Positions 62,510 through 64,000 of a stretch of DNA of 64,000 bases are shown here, in pieces. Location of the stretch: the NCBI RefSeq assembly GCF_018977255.1, contig NW_024704742.1, positions 25,606,001-25,670,000 on the forward strand, given 5' to 3'. The number at the start of each line of letters is the position of its first letter. Within the stretch, counting starts at the first letter, position 1. The position numbers were made by a program, and so were the translations under genes. The stretch is from Callorhinchus milii. Lineage: Eukaryota. The notes below the pieces were generated by a model, which was not told the DNA's origin, did no database searches, and saw only the letters and a list, made by a program, of their open reading frames with translations.

Positions 62510-63230
62510 GTTAAACCCACCACCATCCCTGTGGCTGCAATTGGATGCACACTCTCCCTGGTGGAACGCCATTCTGAAAAAATTAGGCCAGGTTGGCAAG
62601 ATCCAAGGTTTGGGAACCCCAAAATGTGCATTGGGGTCCCGGTGGAGTTCAACCAACTAAAACTACATAGATTGCCAGTGTGAGCACTATCTGGATCAGC
62701 CTACCCTTTATTTGGCTTGTTAACAAGAGCTGAGTGTGAAGAATCCCTATCCCCAATGACTGATCTACTTGTCAAGTTCTGCTGACAAGCCAGGCTAGTT
62801 GATCTGTCAACAACATAAATGGGATTGGTGTCAGCCTGGCTCAGTTGGTAGCACACTTGGCTTTGAGACAAAAAGTTGTAGGTTCAAGTCCCATGTCGGG
62901 ACTCTCAGCTGATATTCTAAACTGACACTTTAATACAATTCTGGTGTAGTACTGCATTGTCAGGATCCCCCAGATAAAATTGAAAATTCACTTTAAGGCT
63001 GTTTGTGGGACATCACTGTATGCAAATTGGCAGCCGAGTTCACCTACAAATATGGTTACTGAACTTTACAATAAATCCCGTGAAGCTGCTCTTTGAGACT
63101 TTCAAAAACGTGATATCAAATGCATGGATTATTCTAAAACGGTACTTGGCAACTGGACAACCGAGACTGCCACAGACAAGCTAACTCAATTCTGATATTC
63201 CATTCCGCAGCTAGAACCTATTGCCACATA
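62510..63230 (-). repeat. Family X copy split by a plus-strand Deu SINE (62826-63135)
   Basis: tgcacactctccctgg, ccccaaaatgtgcattgg and catagattgcca lie left of the SINE; ggacaaccgagactgccacaga lies right of it. Confidence 0.68.
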
Positions 63231-63732
63231 AAATCCACATAACTGTAATTTATGACAGGTGGTAACTTTAACTCTAGGGGTGTAAGTAAGAGGCTCTCTC
63301 CACTAACAGTCATTCTCCACGAAGGTCACTCTTTACAAACAGTCACTCTCGATAAGGGGCCATCTTTAATTCAGTCATTTTAGGACAGACAACAGACACT
63401 AGTATTTCTTTACAGAAAGGTTACTCAACATTTAGATCCAGGTTACTAGGAACTGTGGTTGAAGCCAGGACACTGGATTCATTTAAGAAAGTTTGATGCT
63501 GTAATGGAAAGACAGCTAGATGAGGATTCGAGAAGGATTGATCAAAATGAGCCAAATGATCTTCTTCATTTGACCTTCTCTTGTGATGTAGGAGTACTTT
63601 TACATTCACAGCTACTTTAACAAAATGGGAACATGTCCATTGTATGTATTTAAAATCAACCTCTTAGTATGCAGGCATACAGATTGTTCAGGCAGTGATT
63701 TGATGTTAATAATAATAATTCTTGCATTTGAG

Positions 63733-64000
63733 GCACGCACCACGTCAGTGTTCCAGAGTGCAGTTGTGGTTTCTATCTACAAGAAGGATGACCCAAGTGT
63801 GAATGAAAATTACATAGAGATCTCATTGATTTCAGTGACTATTAAAGTGATGCTTCGAGTAGTCAATGCACATGTATCGCACGCTCTGGAGGCTTGTAGT
63901 TTGATCAGGAAGGAACAGGCTGGCTTCCGTTCTTGTGAGGAATGTGTGGGACAGGTTGTGACTTCGTTTGAGATTGCAGAATGTTGTAAGGCTGAGGGGA
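63733..64000 (+). mobile_element. Non-LTR retrotransposon reverse-transcriptase fragment (N-terminal RT subdomains), open to the window edge
   Basis: From 63748: VFQSAVVVSIYKKDDPSVNENYIEISLISVTIKVMLRVVNAHVSHALEACSLIRKEQAGFRSCEECVGQVVTSFEIAECCKAEG, fitting the LINE pattern A.VV.I.KK.D....NYR.ISL....K...QAGFR. Absent from the ORF track because no stop lies in the window. Confidence 0.88.

Noticed and set aside
61835-63609. Protein-looking short ORFs (61835-62023, 63421-63609)
   Set aside because: About 60 aa with no recognisable motif; the first does not extend upstream, and ORFs this size are expected by chance.
1-64000. CRISPR array, operon or other prokaryotic system
   Set aside because: The sequence is eukaryotic; repeats are dispersed retroposons without regular repeat-spacer periodicity, and there are no long ORFs.

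Overview
AT-rich, repeat-dense vertebrate genomic DNA. The repeat content (Deu-domain SINEs, L2 and HER1/HE1-type CR1 tails, a young tRNA-derived SINE) points to a cartilaginous fish, probably a chimaera; the species is inferred. The only recognisable host coding sequence is exon 1 of STX18 (syntaxin-18) on the minus strand at 22520-22371, with a CpG-rich promoter at about 22530-23040. Positions 1-22370 are therefore read as STX18 intron 1 (exon 2 was not found), and the rest as upstream intergenic DNA, which in mammals runs towards MSX1. Almost all ORFs in the supplied track are SINE, LINE or microsatellite artefacts. I found no new multi-gene system. The best leads are: (i) repeated junctions where a truncated retroposon tail is fused to a copy of nearby genomic DNA; (ii) an RT fragment at the right edge with an unusual EECVGQ motif; (iii) a PBX-PREP/CCAAT hairpin cluster upstream of a Tigger fragment; (iv) a modular SINE with two subfamilies; (v) an unclassified multi-copy repeat; (vi) LF-SINE-like and Penelope/hammerhead relics; (vii) candidate conserved enhancers. 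Repeat boundaries were read by eye and are approximate, and family names come from remembered consensus sequences rather than a database search.
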